DNA from: Octopus bimaculoides
Lineage: Eukaryota
NCBI RefSeq assembly: GCF_001194135.2
Contig: NC_068988.1
Span: 57,508,154-57,540,299 of the forward strand
Direction: 5' to 3'
DNA: 32,146 bases
The translations under genes and the position numbers were made by a program. Under the pieces are notes generated by a model that saw nothing but the letters and a program-made list of their open reading frames with translations, did not search any database and was not told the origin of the DNA. Positions 21,701 to 32,146 of this stretch are shown in pieces. The number at the start of each line of letters is the position of its first letter. The stretch's first letter is position 1.

Positions 21701-24247
21701 CGATTTCACTTAGCTTTCATGGAATATTTAACATATGCGGGGAAAAGCCGACAACTCAGCTGTGTGTGAGTGTGAGTGTGAGTGTGAATGTGAGTGTGTG
21801 TGAGTGTGTATCATACAATGATATCTTTGTATATACAAGTGACATACGATTACTATAAAACACAAGATCATAAACTTTTGGAAGAAAGTGTAGTTAATTA
21901 TACTGACTGACCCCACTACCTCACTATTAATTATTTTATTAACCCCAGAAGGTTGACTGTCAAAGTTGATCCTGGCAGGATTTGAACCTAGAATATAAAG
22001 AGCCATACTAAAATGCCATAAGGCATTTAGTATGGTTGTATACTGATTCTGGTAGCTACCACCCTAAGAGTCATCAGGCACATACATGACCGCTCAGATG
22101 GAGGAGAATGATGTCAGTTAAATTAATGCCAGTAATGGATCGGTACCTTGTTTCATTGACCCCAGAATGAAAGGCTAAGCTAGCTTTCACAGGATTTGAT
22201 CTCAGAAAGTAATGCAATTCAACTAAATTCTGTAAGATCCATACAACCAGAGTTTATCTTTGGTTTCCATCGTGTTAAGAAAATATGGGATGGAAAGAAC
22301 TGAGGGCTATTTTGGGTAACTTTTCCATTAGAAGGATTTGAACAGAGAACTTACAAGCTAAGGAATATATGAGAGAAAGATAATTACTTGGTGGATAAAA
22401 AGGCAATGTTTTCTTTTATATTCTTCAGTATGGGTCAGTATTTTGCTGCTAAGATTGAATTATAAAAGCTAGAAGAGGAGAGAGAAGTTGTAGGAGGAAG
22501 GGGTTTATTTCTAAAGGTAAATATGGCCTGAGACATTCTGTAGAATTAAGTTAAATATTCTGCAGAGATTGAAAGCTAGTAATTCACAGTAATTCACCTG
22601 TAATTCAGTGAGTAAATGGAACAACAACACCAATATCAACATTAACACACAGAGAGGAAATGAATGAATGAGTGAAACTGAGAGAAAGAGAGTGAGAGCG
22701 AGAGAGGGTAATTGAATAATGAAGTATCAGTCTCTTAGAAGTAACAAATATCAGATGTTTTAAGAAGAACAGGAAGAGAGGAGAGAGAAACAGTAGTTAT
22801 TCTGGTGGATTATAATTGCCAGTGTTTAAGCCTCAAAGGCTATTTAATAGACCAGATGAAAAGAGAAAAATGGGAGGACAGGAAATATGTGCATATTTAC
22901 CTTAGTAGGGAAGTAATTAAGTTTTTCTTTTATTGGCAAAAACGTAAGAAAGCAAAAGGGCCCCTAACCAGTTTAGACCACTTTGCTGATGGAAAAGAAC
23001 AAAAACAAAAACAGGGTTTTGGTAGATGTGGAAAGAGGTTAGGTGGGGGTGTAGGATTAGGTACGATTAAGTCAATTGTGGTTTTAATTCTCCCTACTGA
23101 AGAACTGTTGCTAAAAAGATGAAAAGGAAAGAATAAAAATTTCCAAGGAAAGTGGGTTGTGTTGCAAATGCTTCGTGTTTTTTTTTTTTTTTTTTGGTTT
23201 TGTTTTGTTTTTTTCTACAGAATGAAATTTGGCTAAAACAAGAAAGGTCATTGTTCGCAAAACAGGTAGACCAGGTAAATCTTTTGGAACTCATTTAAAA
23301 TTGGAGTAAAAAGAATAAATAGATGAATAAATGCTGAGAAGGATGCAACAACTTGAAGTATAAATACTTGGAATTTGGAAACAAGGGTTTCTCTGGTGGA
23401 AGAAGAACTGTATTTGGGTTCCACAAGAATGGAACCAGTTTTCAACAGTCCTTGCCACCTTTCCTTCACTGTTTGTATGGTGGCAAAATTTGTTTACTAT
23501 CAGTACATAATGTCAAGACAATGAAACACAAATACACACATGCATGCTTACACAAATACACCGACATATAAAGTCAGCAGCGAAAGTTCCTTCTATTTTG
23601 TTTTTGTCTCCCTTTTCTGTCCATTATATTTTCACTTAGTTTTCATCTCCACCCAATAAATTCACTCACAAGGCTTTGATTAGCCCATGTGCAGCACAAT
23701 AGGATTGCACTTGAAACCATGAGTTTGGGAAAATAAACTTCTAAACCAGTCACCCTCTCATATCAATGCAGAATTCACTTTCTTAATGGGACCAGTGTCT
23801 CAGTCTTCATCATCATCATCATTGTTTAACGTCTGCCTTCCATGCTAGCATGGGTGGGACTGTTTTCACAAGAAACCTGCACCAAACTTTTGGCTATGAT
23901 GTATTGAAAGGGATTCTCAACAATGTGACAAAAGTAAAGCCTGAAGGAAATTTTAGCTACTTCTCCTACTTTCCAGGGGTAAGCAAACAGGAAATAACAT
24001 TTGCTACTCAAGGACAAAAACCATGTTACACAATGTTATTAACAATAGGTGATATAATAATTATGCTATCAAATATCACTTTACATTAAAAGGTTTAACA
24101 ATTATTCCATTCCTAATTGTCTTCTAATATTTTATTCTCAACCAACAGCATTTCGATATCACAATAACAATAAGTTATGTAGACAAAGTGTCAAAGAGTA
24201 AAATAGTAATTGAATAACTCAATACATTTTGTATATAATTAATAGAG

Positions 24248-24735
24248 ATTGCTGTGTGGTTAAGAAGCATGCTTTGCAACCACATGCTTTCAGGTTCAAT
24301 CCCACTGTGCAGCACCTTGGGAAAGTGTCTTCTACTATAGCCCCAGGGTAATGAAAGCTTTGTGAGGGAATTTGGTTGATGGAAACTGCGTGGAAACCTA
24401 TTGTGTCTGAGTGTATGTGTGTGTGTGTGTATGTGTTTGTATGTGTGTGTATGTGCCTGTCTGTGTGCTTGTGTGTGTGTGTGTGTGTGTGTGTACATGT
24501 GTGCGCCTCTGTGTGTGTGTGTGTGTGTGTGCACGTGCATGTCCTTATGTTTGTGTTTGAACCCACTCACTACTTGACATCTGGTATTAGATTGTTTACA
24601 TCCCCTTAACTTAGTGGATCAACAAAAAATATTGATAGAATAAGTACCAGGAGGCAATTTTTTTTTACTAACCCTTTAAAAGGTAGTGCCCCAGCATGGT
24701 CATAGTCCAATGAATGAAAGAAGTAAAAGACATAA
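24248..24735 (+). mobile_element. SINE family A, full-length diverged copy with long (TG)n centre
   Basis: Head, CORE-like gcaccttgggaaagtgtctt, 3' end ccagcatggtcatagtccaatg. Confidence 0.85.
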
Positions 24736-24754
24736 GATAAAAGAATGATTAAAA

Positions 24755-24927
24755 GCAGGAGTGGTTGTGAGGTAAGTAGCTTGCTTCCCAACCACATGGT
24801 TCCGGGTTCAGTCCCACTGCGTGACACCTTGAGCAAGTGTCCTCTACTATAGCCTCAGACCAACCAAAGCCTTGTGAGTGGATTTGGTAGACGGAAACTG
24901 AAAGAAGCCCATTGTATGTGTGTGTGT
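24755..24927 (+). mobile_element. SINE family A 5' half, well-preserved, running into a gap
   Basis: gcaggagtggttgtgaggtaagtagcttgcttcccaaccacatggttccgggttcagtcccactgcgtgacaccttgagcaagtgtc. Confidence 0.9.
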
Positions 24928-25569
24928 NNNNNNNNNNNNNNNNNNNNNNNNNNNNNNNNNNNNNNNNNNNNNNNNNNNNNNNNNNNNNNNNNNNNNNNNN
25001 NNNNNNNNNNNNNNNNNNNNNNNNNNNNNNNNNNNNNNNNNNNNNNNNNNNNNNNNNNNNNNNNNNNNNNNNNNNNNNNNNNNNNNNNNNNNNNNNNNNN
25101 NNNNNNNNNNNNNNNNNNNNNNNNNNNNNNNNNNNNNNNNNNNNNNNNNNNNNNNNNNNNNNNNNNNNNNNNNNNNNNNNNNNNNNNNNNNNNNNNNNNN
25201 NNNNNNNNNNNNNNNNNNNNNNNNNNNNNNNNNNNNNNNNNNNNNNNNNNNNNNNNNNNNNNNNNNNNNNNNNNNNNNNNNNNNNNNNNNNNNNNNNNNN
25301 NNNNNNNNNNNNNNNNNNNNNNNNNNNNNNNNNNNNNNNNNNNNNNNNNNNNNNNNNNNNNNNNNNNNNNNNNNNNNNNNNNNNNNNNNNNNNNNNNNNN
25401 NNNNNNNNNNNNNNNNNNNNNNNNNNNNNNNNNNNNNNNNNNNNNNNNNNNNNNNNNNNNNNNNNNNNNNNNNNNNNNNNNNNNNNNNNNNNNNNNNNNN
25501 NNNNNNNNNNNNNNNNNNNNNNNNNNNNNNNNNNNNNNNNNCCTAGTGGACTATCTTAATGCAAAATAA

Positions 25570-25669
25570 CCTGATGATGAGGAGGAGGAGGAAGAGGAGG
25601 TGGAGGACGTGGTGATGATGATGATGATTATGATATGACAATAATGACATTATGATGATGATGGTGATA

Positions 25670-25718
<49 letters not shown>

Positions 25719-25819
25719 CAAGAAGATGCTGAGGAGAATGAATGGACTTGGCTAAAATATTCATCCAAGACCTTCATCTCTACATTGTCACTCATCACCA
25801 CTACTATTACTGCAATGGT

Positions 25820-25880
<61 letters not shown>

Positions 25881-25885
25881 GTTGC
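25570..25885. repeat. (GAT)n and (CTA)n microsatellites
   Basis: Direct inspection. Confidence 0.95.
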
Positions 25886-26289
25886 TGCTAGAACATAATC
25901 TGCAGCTGCCAATTAAGAATTAAAAAGAATTATTAATCTGTTATCACTGTCATTACCATTGAATTTCTTTTCAGAATATCTATCAAACTCATTAAAGTCT
26001 AACTTAATTAAACCATAATTAAACCCTGTATCCAATTACTTTCTAGGGAATACCTTCCCCCTATACTTTTTAAATGTTTATATATTTATTTGTTTGTTTT
26101 CAGCTCCTTTCTAAGTCACTGTGAAAAAAGAAAATGAAAAAGGAGGCAAAGAAGGATTGGAAAATGACAGAAAGAAAGAAAGAAAGAAAGGAAGAAAGAG
26201 AAAGAAAGAGAGAAAGAAAGAGGACAAAGGACTAAAGGCCTTTGAGTTTTCTAACTCCAAAGAAAAATAGTCAAAAAAAAAATTTAATG

Positions 26290-26448
26290 AGTTCGATTCC
26301 TAGACCAGGTTGTGTGTTATGTTCTTGAGCAAGACACTTTATTTTACATTGCTCCAGTTCACTCAGCTGTAGAAATGAGTTGCAACATCTCTGGTGCCAA
26401 GCTGTATAGACCTTTACCTTTCCTTTGGATAACATCATTGGCATGGAG
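26290..26448 (+). mobile_element. Third tRNA-derived SINE family, 5'-truncated
   Basis: Box B gagttcgattcc followed by ttgagcaagacactttattttacattgctccagttcactcagctgtagaaatgag. Confidence 0.6.
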
Positions 26449-26450
26449 AC

Positions 26451-26790
26451 GGCCTTTAGTTGAGCAAATCGACCCCAGGACTTATTTTTTGTAAGCCTAG
26501 TACTTATTCTATTGGGGCTCTTTTGGTGAACCACTAAGTTACGGGTACGTAAAAACGCCAGTATTGGTTGTCAAGCAATGTTGGGCGGGGACAAACACAG
26601 ACACACAAACATATATATATATACATATATACGACAGGCTTCTTTCAGTTTCCATCTACCAAATCCACCCACAAGACTTCGGTTGGCCCGAGGCTATAGT
26701 AGAAGACACTTGCCCAAGGTGCTACGCAGTGGGAATGAACCCGGAACCACGTGGTTGGTAAGCAAGCTACTTACCACACAGCCACTCCTG
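26451..26790 (-). mobile_element. SINE family A, near full-length
   Basis: Reverse complement of head, short (TA) centre and 3' body. Confidence 0.9.
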
Positions 26791-27564
26791 ATATATATAT
26801 AATGCCTTATGTTTTGATAATTTCTTATCCCTTTCTTAGCTTCTACAGAAGCTGTTGTTGAAACTCGATGTGTGTCAATGAACACTTTTGACTTATGTAG
26901 AACATTATCACAAATACAGGGATTTACTGATGCGAAATGGTATGGCACAGAGGAAGAAGGCAAAGCAAAAAGCTAAGAGGGTGATGATGATGATGGTGGT
27001 GAAGGGAATGATAATGATGAGGACAACAACAACAACAACAATGATGGAGACAAAGACAAAGTCAAAGATAACAAGGAGTGGGGGGAAGCGGAGGAGGAGG
27101 ATTCAGAAAGTAAAGTAGGTGAAAGAAGAAAACAAAATTAAATAAAAGGAAATAAGAATAAAAATCTTGAAGATAACATAAAGCTTCGAGGAAAATCTAT
27201 ATTCTATCTTATATGGAAAATCAGAAAGTAATAAAAGATTGGGTGTCCATTTGCTTAGATTTTTGGAATCTGAAATCCAATGTGTAACTGCAAGTATCTC
27301 TAAAAAGATGAGACTGAAAAGAAGAAAAAGAAAAAGAAGGAAGCAGTTCTACCGCCCATCAGTTGTTCAACAACTGTACATATGGACGAATCTCATATGT
27401 AGGTCAGTGCCAATGGGAAGATGACTGCATTTTCTTGTTAAGGTAGCTTTTATTTCTTAATTTTTATTTTCTCTTTCGTCTTTATTTTTGTCTCCTTCCA
27501 ACTTCTTAATACATTTCTAAATGATCCACCAACCCCACCACCACCACCACCAATGGTATTTCGT

Positions 27565-27738
27565 CTGCCGCTACATTCTGAGTTCCATTTCCACCAAGGT
27601 CGACTTTGCCTTTCATTCTTTCGGCATTGATTAAATAAATACCAGTTACGCACTGGGGTTGATGAAATCGACTTACCCCCCCACTCCCAACAAATTTCAG
27701 GCCTTATGCCTATAACAGAAAAGATTATTATTATTATT
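27565..27738 (+). mobile_element. SINE family B, 5'-truncated, with (ATT)n tail
   Basis: ggtatttcgtctgccgctacattctgagttcc...caggccttatgcctataacagaaaagattattatt. Confidence 0.8.
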
Positions 27739-27931
27739 TTATGTTTGACTTTTGCTTTGCATTTGTACAAGTTGGATCCAAGTCTCACCCAGAGACCTCA
27801 AGAGACAACAAGTTAGAAGTTCATGTAGGTGTTATGCCTAGGGTACCATATATTTGGATTTGTAGTTTTGTTCTAGTGAATGTTTAAGAAACCATAAGAA
27901 AATTATGTGTTTGTTTTAAAATTTGAGATCA

Positions 27932-27934
<3 letters not shown>
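27739..27934 (-). mobile_element. Probable 3' UTR of a Dong/R4 LINE ending in (TAA)n
   Basis: Minus-strand motif GAGGTCTCTGGGTGAGACTTG resembles GAGGTCCTTGTTGTGACTTG after the stop of the 9403-9790 Dong fragment; same strand as 28351-28623. Confidence 0.55.
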
Positions 27935-27973
<39 letters not shown>

Positions 27974-28350
27974 GGCAGCAGGCANNNNNNNNNNNNNNNN
28001 NNNNNNNNNNNNNNNNNNNNNNNNNNNNNNNNNNNNNNNNNNNNNNNNNNNNNNNNNNNNNNNNNNNNNNNNNNNNNNNNNNNNNNNNNNNNNNNNNNNN
28101 NNNNNNNNNNNNNNNNNNNNNNNNNNNNNNNNNNNNNNNNNNNNNNNNNNNNNNNNNNNNNNNNNNNNNNNNNNNNNNNNNNNNNNNNNNNNNNNNNNNN
28201 NNNNNNNNNNNNNNNNNNNNNNNNNNNNNNNNNNNNNNNNNNNNNNNNNNNNNNNNNNNNNNNNNNNNNNNNNNNNNNNNNNNNNNNNNNNNNNNNNNNN
28301 NNNNNNNNNNNNNNNNNNNNNNNNNNNNNNNNNNNNNNNNNNNNNNNNNN

Positions 28351-28622
28351 ATATATATTTGTAAGTCCTGGTGTTTTTGTTATGTATTTGTCTGAATATT
28401 TTTTTATTATACCTAAGGCACCTACTATGATAGGAATTGTTTCTGTTTTTAGATTCCACATTCGAGTTACCTCTATTTCCAGGTCTTTGTATTTTGAAAG
28501 TTTTTCCATTTCTTTTAGAGAAACGTTGTCATCTGCTGGTATTGATACATCAATTAGAAAGCATTTTTTTTCTTCATGATCTTTGACAACTATATCTGGT
28601 CTATTTGCCTTAATTTCTCTTA

Positions 28623-28623
<1 letters not shown>
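28351..28623 (-). mobile_element. 5'-truncated R4/Dong LINE, RLE domain with intact frame, adjoining (AAT)n
   Basis: IREIKANRPDIVVKDHEEKKCFLIDVSIPADDNVSLKEMEKLSKYKDLEIEVTRMWNLKTETIPIIVGALGIIKKYSDKYITKTPGLTNIY (PD..D..K nuclease motif), no stops. Confidence 0.9.
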
Positions 28624-28662
<39 letters not shown>

Positions 28663-28664
<2 letters not shown>

Positions 28665-28790
28665 GGCAGCAGGCAAAATGCTTAGCGACATTTCGTCCAT
28701 CTTTATATTCTGAGTTCAAATTCCGCTGGGATCAATTTTGCTGAAATTTCAAGCCTTGTGCCTATATTAGAAAGGATTATTTATTATTAT
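28663..28790 (+). mobile_element. SINE family B with two internal deletions
   Basis: aaggcagc|aggcaaaatgcttagc...gagttcaaattccgctggg...caagccttgtgcctatattagaaaggatt. Confidence 0.75.
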
Positions 28791-28801
28791 TATTATCATT
28801 A

Positions 28802-29071
28802 TAAAGAATAAAAAGTTTAGAATGGCACAACAATGCACTATAAAACAAAAAATGGACTATATACCTGTTGTAATTTGGTTATCTATAGTCTGATGATATT
28901 TCGGAATTACAATTCCTTCTTCAGATCTTTAGACTCCATCTAAGAATATCTGAAGAAGGAATTGTATTCCGAAATATCATCGGACTATAGATAACCAAAT
29001 TACAACAGGTATATAGTCCATTTTTTGTTTTATAGTGCATTGTTGTACCATTCTAAACTTTTTATTCTTTA
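28802..29071. mobile_element. Penelope-like element (PLE)-type inverted repeat: 270-bp near-perfect palindrome
   Basis: Arms of about 125 bp differ by 2 substitutions and 1 indel; each arm carries CTGAAGA-stem-GAAA; similar sequence may extend to about 29113. Confidence 0.65.
28887..28935 (-). ncRNA. Minimal type I hammerhead ribozyme motif
   Basis: 5'-AGUCU AAA GAU CUGAAGA A GGAAU UGUA AUUCC GAAA UA UC^AUC AGACU-3': stem I GAU/AUC plus AGUCU/AGACU, 5-bp stem II, palindromic AUAU in place of stem III. Confidence 0.6.
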
Positions 29072-30199
29072 CAAACAATACACAATGCTTCAAGCAAACT
29101 ACAATACTCTCCTATTATTATTATTATTATTATTATTTGTTTTCCTTCATGTGATGTGTTATTATGAATAATTTGCTAAGGAATTGTTTTAGAACTTAAA
29201 AGCCAAACCTGTTTATAAATTAGATTTCTGTCGCGAATATAATTATTTTCAATTGTTATTGAGAGGTTTTGAATAGATCTTAAGGAAATTATTGAAAACC
29301 TCAAGTTGTTGTTTATATTGTTTGGCTCCAATTCAACCCTGATCATACAGACTTATGACCAAAAGGAATTCCAGCCAGAATCAACTTTAATCCCACTTGC
29401 TGACATCAGGCTTTGGGTCAACTAAAGCCTTGTAAAATTCCTTAGATGAAACCCACTGGAGGGACTGGCATTCCTCTTCATGAGTGGTAAATTAAACATG
29501 TTACCCAGTTTAACATCACTACCTGATTCTTAGGTACATTTCATTCTCTTACAAGAACGGGCAGGTCTCTAATCCAAGAATAACACCATTCTGTTCATCC
29601 ACCAGTTACAGAGGCCCTGAAAAGAAAAAGGTCACTGGTGCTGCCCTTCTTCCTCTGAACTAACATATATGAGTTTAAGTTTTTGTCTAAAGTAGGATGA
29701 TTGAGAGATGCCAAATATTTAAATGTAGACTGGTGCTGGGTTAATTATACTTATAAGTAGGTACATTTGGGTACAGGGATGACCTCCAGGAAATAACTGA
29801 GATACATAGTCCAAGCTTTAAAACTTTACCTGTTAGAAGGCACTGGATTTGTACGAGTTGCAAAAGAACAACAACCTCTGCAACAGAGAACCAATGGGAG
29901 AATCTAATTTGCGAGAAATAGCAGCCAAATCACTCTCAAATCCCACTATATAAGAAAGGATACACTTATCAGAGTAATTCCTGATATATGAAAAAAATGA
30001 GGATGGTTATAATTGGAATGAATTTTATCATTGGTCAACTAGATCAGGGATGATTTAGAGATAAATAGCAATAAAAGCAATCTCCTAGAAATAGCAACCA
30101 AATCTACAATTTATATCTTACTCTCTTTGAAACATGGGAAGATTGGAATGACTTTAATCATAAGTTTGCCTAATCAGTCGTGACCTAAGGTTAAACAGT

Positions 30200-30411
30200 A
30201 ACAAGCTGGCAAAATTGTAAGCATGCCGGACAAAATGCTGCTAAGAATTTTGTCTGTCTTTTATGTTCTGAGTTCAAATTCTGTCAAGGTCAACTTTGCC
30301 TTTCATCCTTTTGGGGTCGATAAAATAAGCACCAGCTTAGCACTGGGATCAATGTAATCAACTAGCCCCTCCCCTAAAATTTCAGGCCTTCTGCCTAGAG
30401 TAGAAAGGATA
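30200..30411 (+). mobile_element. SINE family B
   Basis: aagctggcaaaattgtaagcatgccggac...gagttcaaattctg...tttcaggccttctgcctagagtagaaaggat. Confidence 0.85.
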
Positions 30412-30504
30412 CCTTTATTATTTTAGTGGCCATTGTAAAAGGAAAAAGTTTCAAATCACATGAAACATAAAAACAGACAACAAAAAAAAACAGTTTTACA
30501 TTAC

Positions 30505-30560
30505 CCATGAGATTAGGAGACATTGATGCTTACCTGGAAAGAAGAAAAGAAAAGAAAAAT
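30505..30560 (-). promoter_or_regulatory. Candidate recursive splice site (ratchet point) with a 29-nt cryptic exon
   Basis: Minus strand: tttttcttttcttttcttctttccAG|GTAAGCatcaatgtctcctaatctcatgg|GTAATGT. Confidence 0.55.
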
Positions 30561-30929
30561 TATAAATCATACTGATTAAAAGTTATTATATTTATAAATG
30601 GTTACTAATTAACACACTGTTAATTTCAACAAAGAAACAACAAGAAAAAGTTACAAAATTCAAGACAAACTGAAAAAACATCATTACAAACTACACAGTT
30701 TGATGTATTTTGTCATTCATGGTTTATTCATTACTACTGTTAAGGCTATGATTCACTGATGAGGTCAGCATAAAATTAAAACTAATAAAAAGTTGTCTCC
30801 TTTCTTTCTCACTGCATTTTTATTTATTTATTCTATAATGACTGAGAGAATTTATCTAGAGATCTCATCTTCATACATACATTTATTAACCTAAATGCCA
30901 ACACAATGAGTACTCGCTATTTACTTAAA

Positions 30930-31430
30930 TGTTCTATCTAGCACCGTTGAGAGTGCATAAGTCTACTACTGCCAATTTTATGCCTATTAAACATTACACC
31001 TGCAGCAAGGGCTGATGCAATATAGCAGGGACAGACACATCCTTAGTCACGGCAGATAGCACTTGGAGAAATCACCAGCTCATTTACTATTACATCTCCA
31101 AAAGATCCCATCCTTGATAAACTAGGTATAAAGGACCTATTAGAGTATCTCCCTAAAACTCTCTACCAAACTGCATAATGGCACAGAAACATCAACACCT
31201 TCCAGCTGCCCCTATAAACTAACATGGAGGCAGCTCTTATACATACATACCCAACAGTTTTCTCTGCCACTAATACCTAAGTCCTCAATAATCTAGGAAT
31301 GATACTCGAGGGAATTCTACTCTATAAAACTTTCTGCATACCAGGTTGTCCTCTTCAGAATAGAACAGATATGAATCCTGAACCCACAGGACTTTTAGTG
31401 TTACTATGAGTCCCATGAAAACTAACCACT
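30930..31430 (-). mobile_element. Heavily decayed L1/Tx1-like RT fragment
   Basis: Scattered remnants in the expected order: KSP..., RIPSSI, IVN...*GC/LSLLY/PLL, TYA; many frameshifts. Confidence 0.4.
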
Positions 31431-31799
31431 CTTTCCGGTGTCAATCTTAACATGTTGACCTTTGACTATTATAAATAATTGTTGGCACAAAGTGAAGGAA
31501 CCCTTAAGTCAAAATCAATATAGAATAAGGAAGACTATTTTAAAAGTTTCTGCTGTTTATTGCAGGAAGCTAACCTACACAGTCTGGTTTCTAAAAATAT
31601 GGCTTTGTGTTCTTTCTACATTTTCCCCTGATAATGCATCAATTCAATTCATTTACAATATCAGTTTGCTTGTAGAAACAGAGTGCTCTGGTAGGAGTTA
31701 GGTTTGTAATTTCTGGGTGTATATGTTAGGTACGTGAAGAAGAGGACAGTTTGAACAACTAAGCAATGTTAGCACTGAGAAGATATCTGCATGTATATA

Positions 31800-31885
31800 T
31801 TCTTTTATTTGTTTCAGTCATTTGACTGCAGCCATGCTGGAGCACCACCTTTACATATATATGCATATATATACATACATACATA

Positions 31886-31916
<31 letters not shown>

Positions 31917-31935
31917 GAGCGCGCGTGCATGAATA
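31800..31935 (-). mobile_element. SINE family A 3' end followed by a (TA)/(CA) microsatellite
   Basis: ttttatttgtttcagtcatttgactgcagccatgctggagcaccacc. Confidence 0.7.
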
Positions 31936-32146
31936 TGTACATAGACATAGCCTTGTCACACTTTGCGTTGTGTTGATTCAGGCTAAGGATTACATTTATG
32001 GATACAAGTTTCTGTGGAGTATTCAGCCATTTGACTGTAATAATAGATACTTTCCATTGATATAATAACAGAAACACTCATCATCACAACCACTGGAAAT
32101 TCTATCATCATCATCATCACCAAAACCACCACCACCACCACCACCA

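Noticed and set aside
22895-22920. Minus-strand ttccctactaAG|GTAAAT
   Set aside because: AAG acceptor with a weak tract
24755-24830. tRNA-like A/B boxes
   Set aside because: SINE heads, not cloverleaf tRNA genes
10478-28719. Long ORFs containing X runs or poly-V/T/L/I/H/N and CV/HT/YI repeats
   Set aside because: Produced by N gaps and microsatellites; only the RLE part of 27970-28719 is real (a LINE fragment)
29822-29845. Minus-strand ccttctaacAG|GTAAAG as another ratchet point
   Set aside because: The pyrimidine tract is too short for a confident acceptor
29500-29900. Possible decayed LINE ORF1 zinc knuckle on the minus strand
   Set aside because: Only a few suggestive residues; cannot be supported
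30755-30790. CTGATGAGGTC hammerhead-like start
   Set aside because: No closing stem II or GAAA
1-32146. CRISPR arrays, operons or prokaryotic systems
   Set aside because: The sequence is eukaryotic intronic DNA; the regular repeats are microsatellites and SINEs

Overview
AT-rich, microsatellite-dense eukaryotic genomic DNA from a gapped scaffold with six N runs. The SINE families look like those of Octopus (inferred from recognition, not searched). The only host coding sequence found is a giant minus-strand exon (2429 to below 1). It encodes the first 804 aa of a PEAK1/Pragmin (SgK269/SgK223)-like pseudokinase scaffold and is absent from the ORF track because it runs off the window edge without a stop. 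An in-frame stop 9 nt upstream of the ATG makes this the first coding exon, so the other ~29.7 kb is probably 5'-UTR intron or upstream sequence. That region holds tRNA-derived SINEs of at least three families, R4/Dong, RTE and L1/Tx1 LINE fragments, a Helentron-type HINE, hAT and piggyBac MITEs, and a Penelope-type palindrome. Best leads: (1) a candidate recursive splice site with a 29-nt cryptic RS-exon at 30505-30560 on the gene's strand; (2) a 270-bp fold-back with minimal hammerhead ribozyme motifs at 28802-29071; (3) a SILK-RVxF-PhiPhi PP1-docking cassette and an overlapping uORF in the PEAK-like gene; (4) an (AAT)n-seeded chain of SINE and Dong insertions. Comparisons to human PEAK1 and to repeat consensuses are from memory and need verification.
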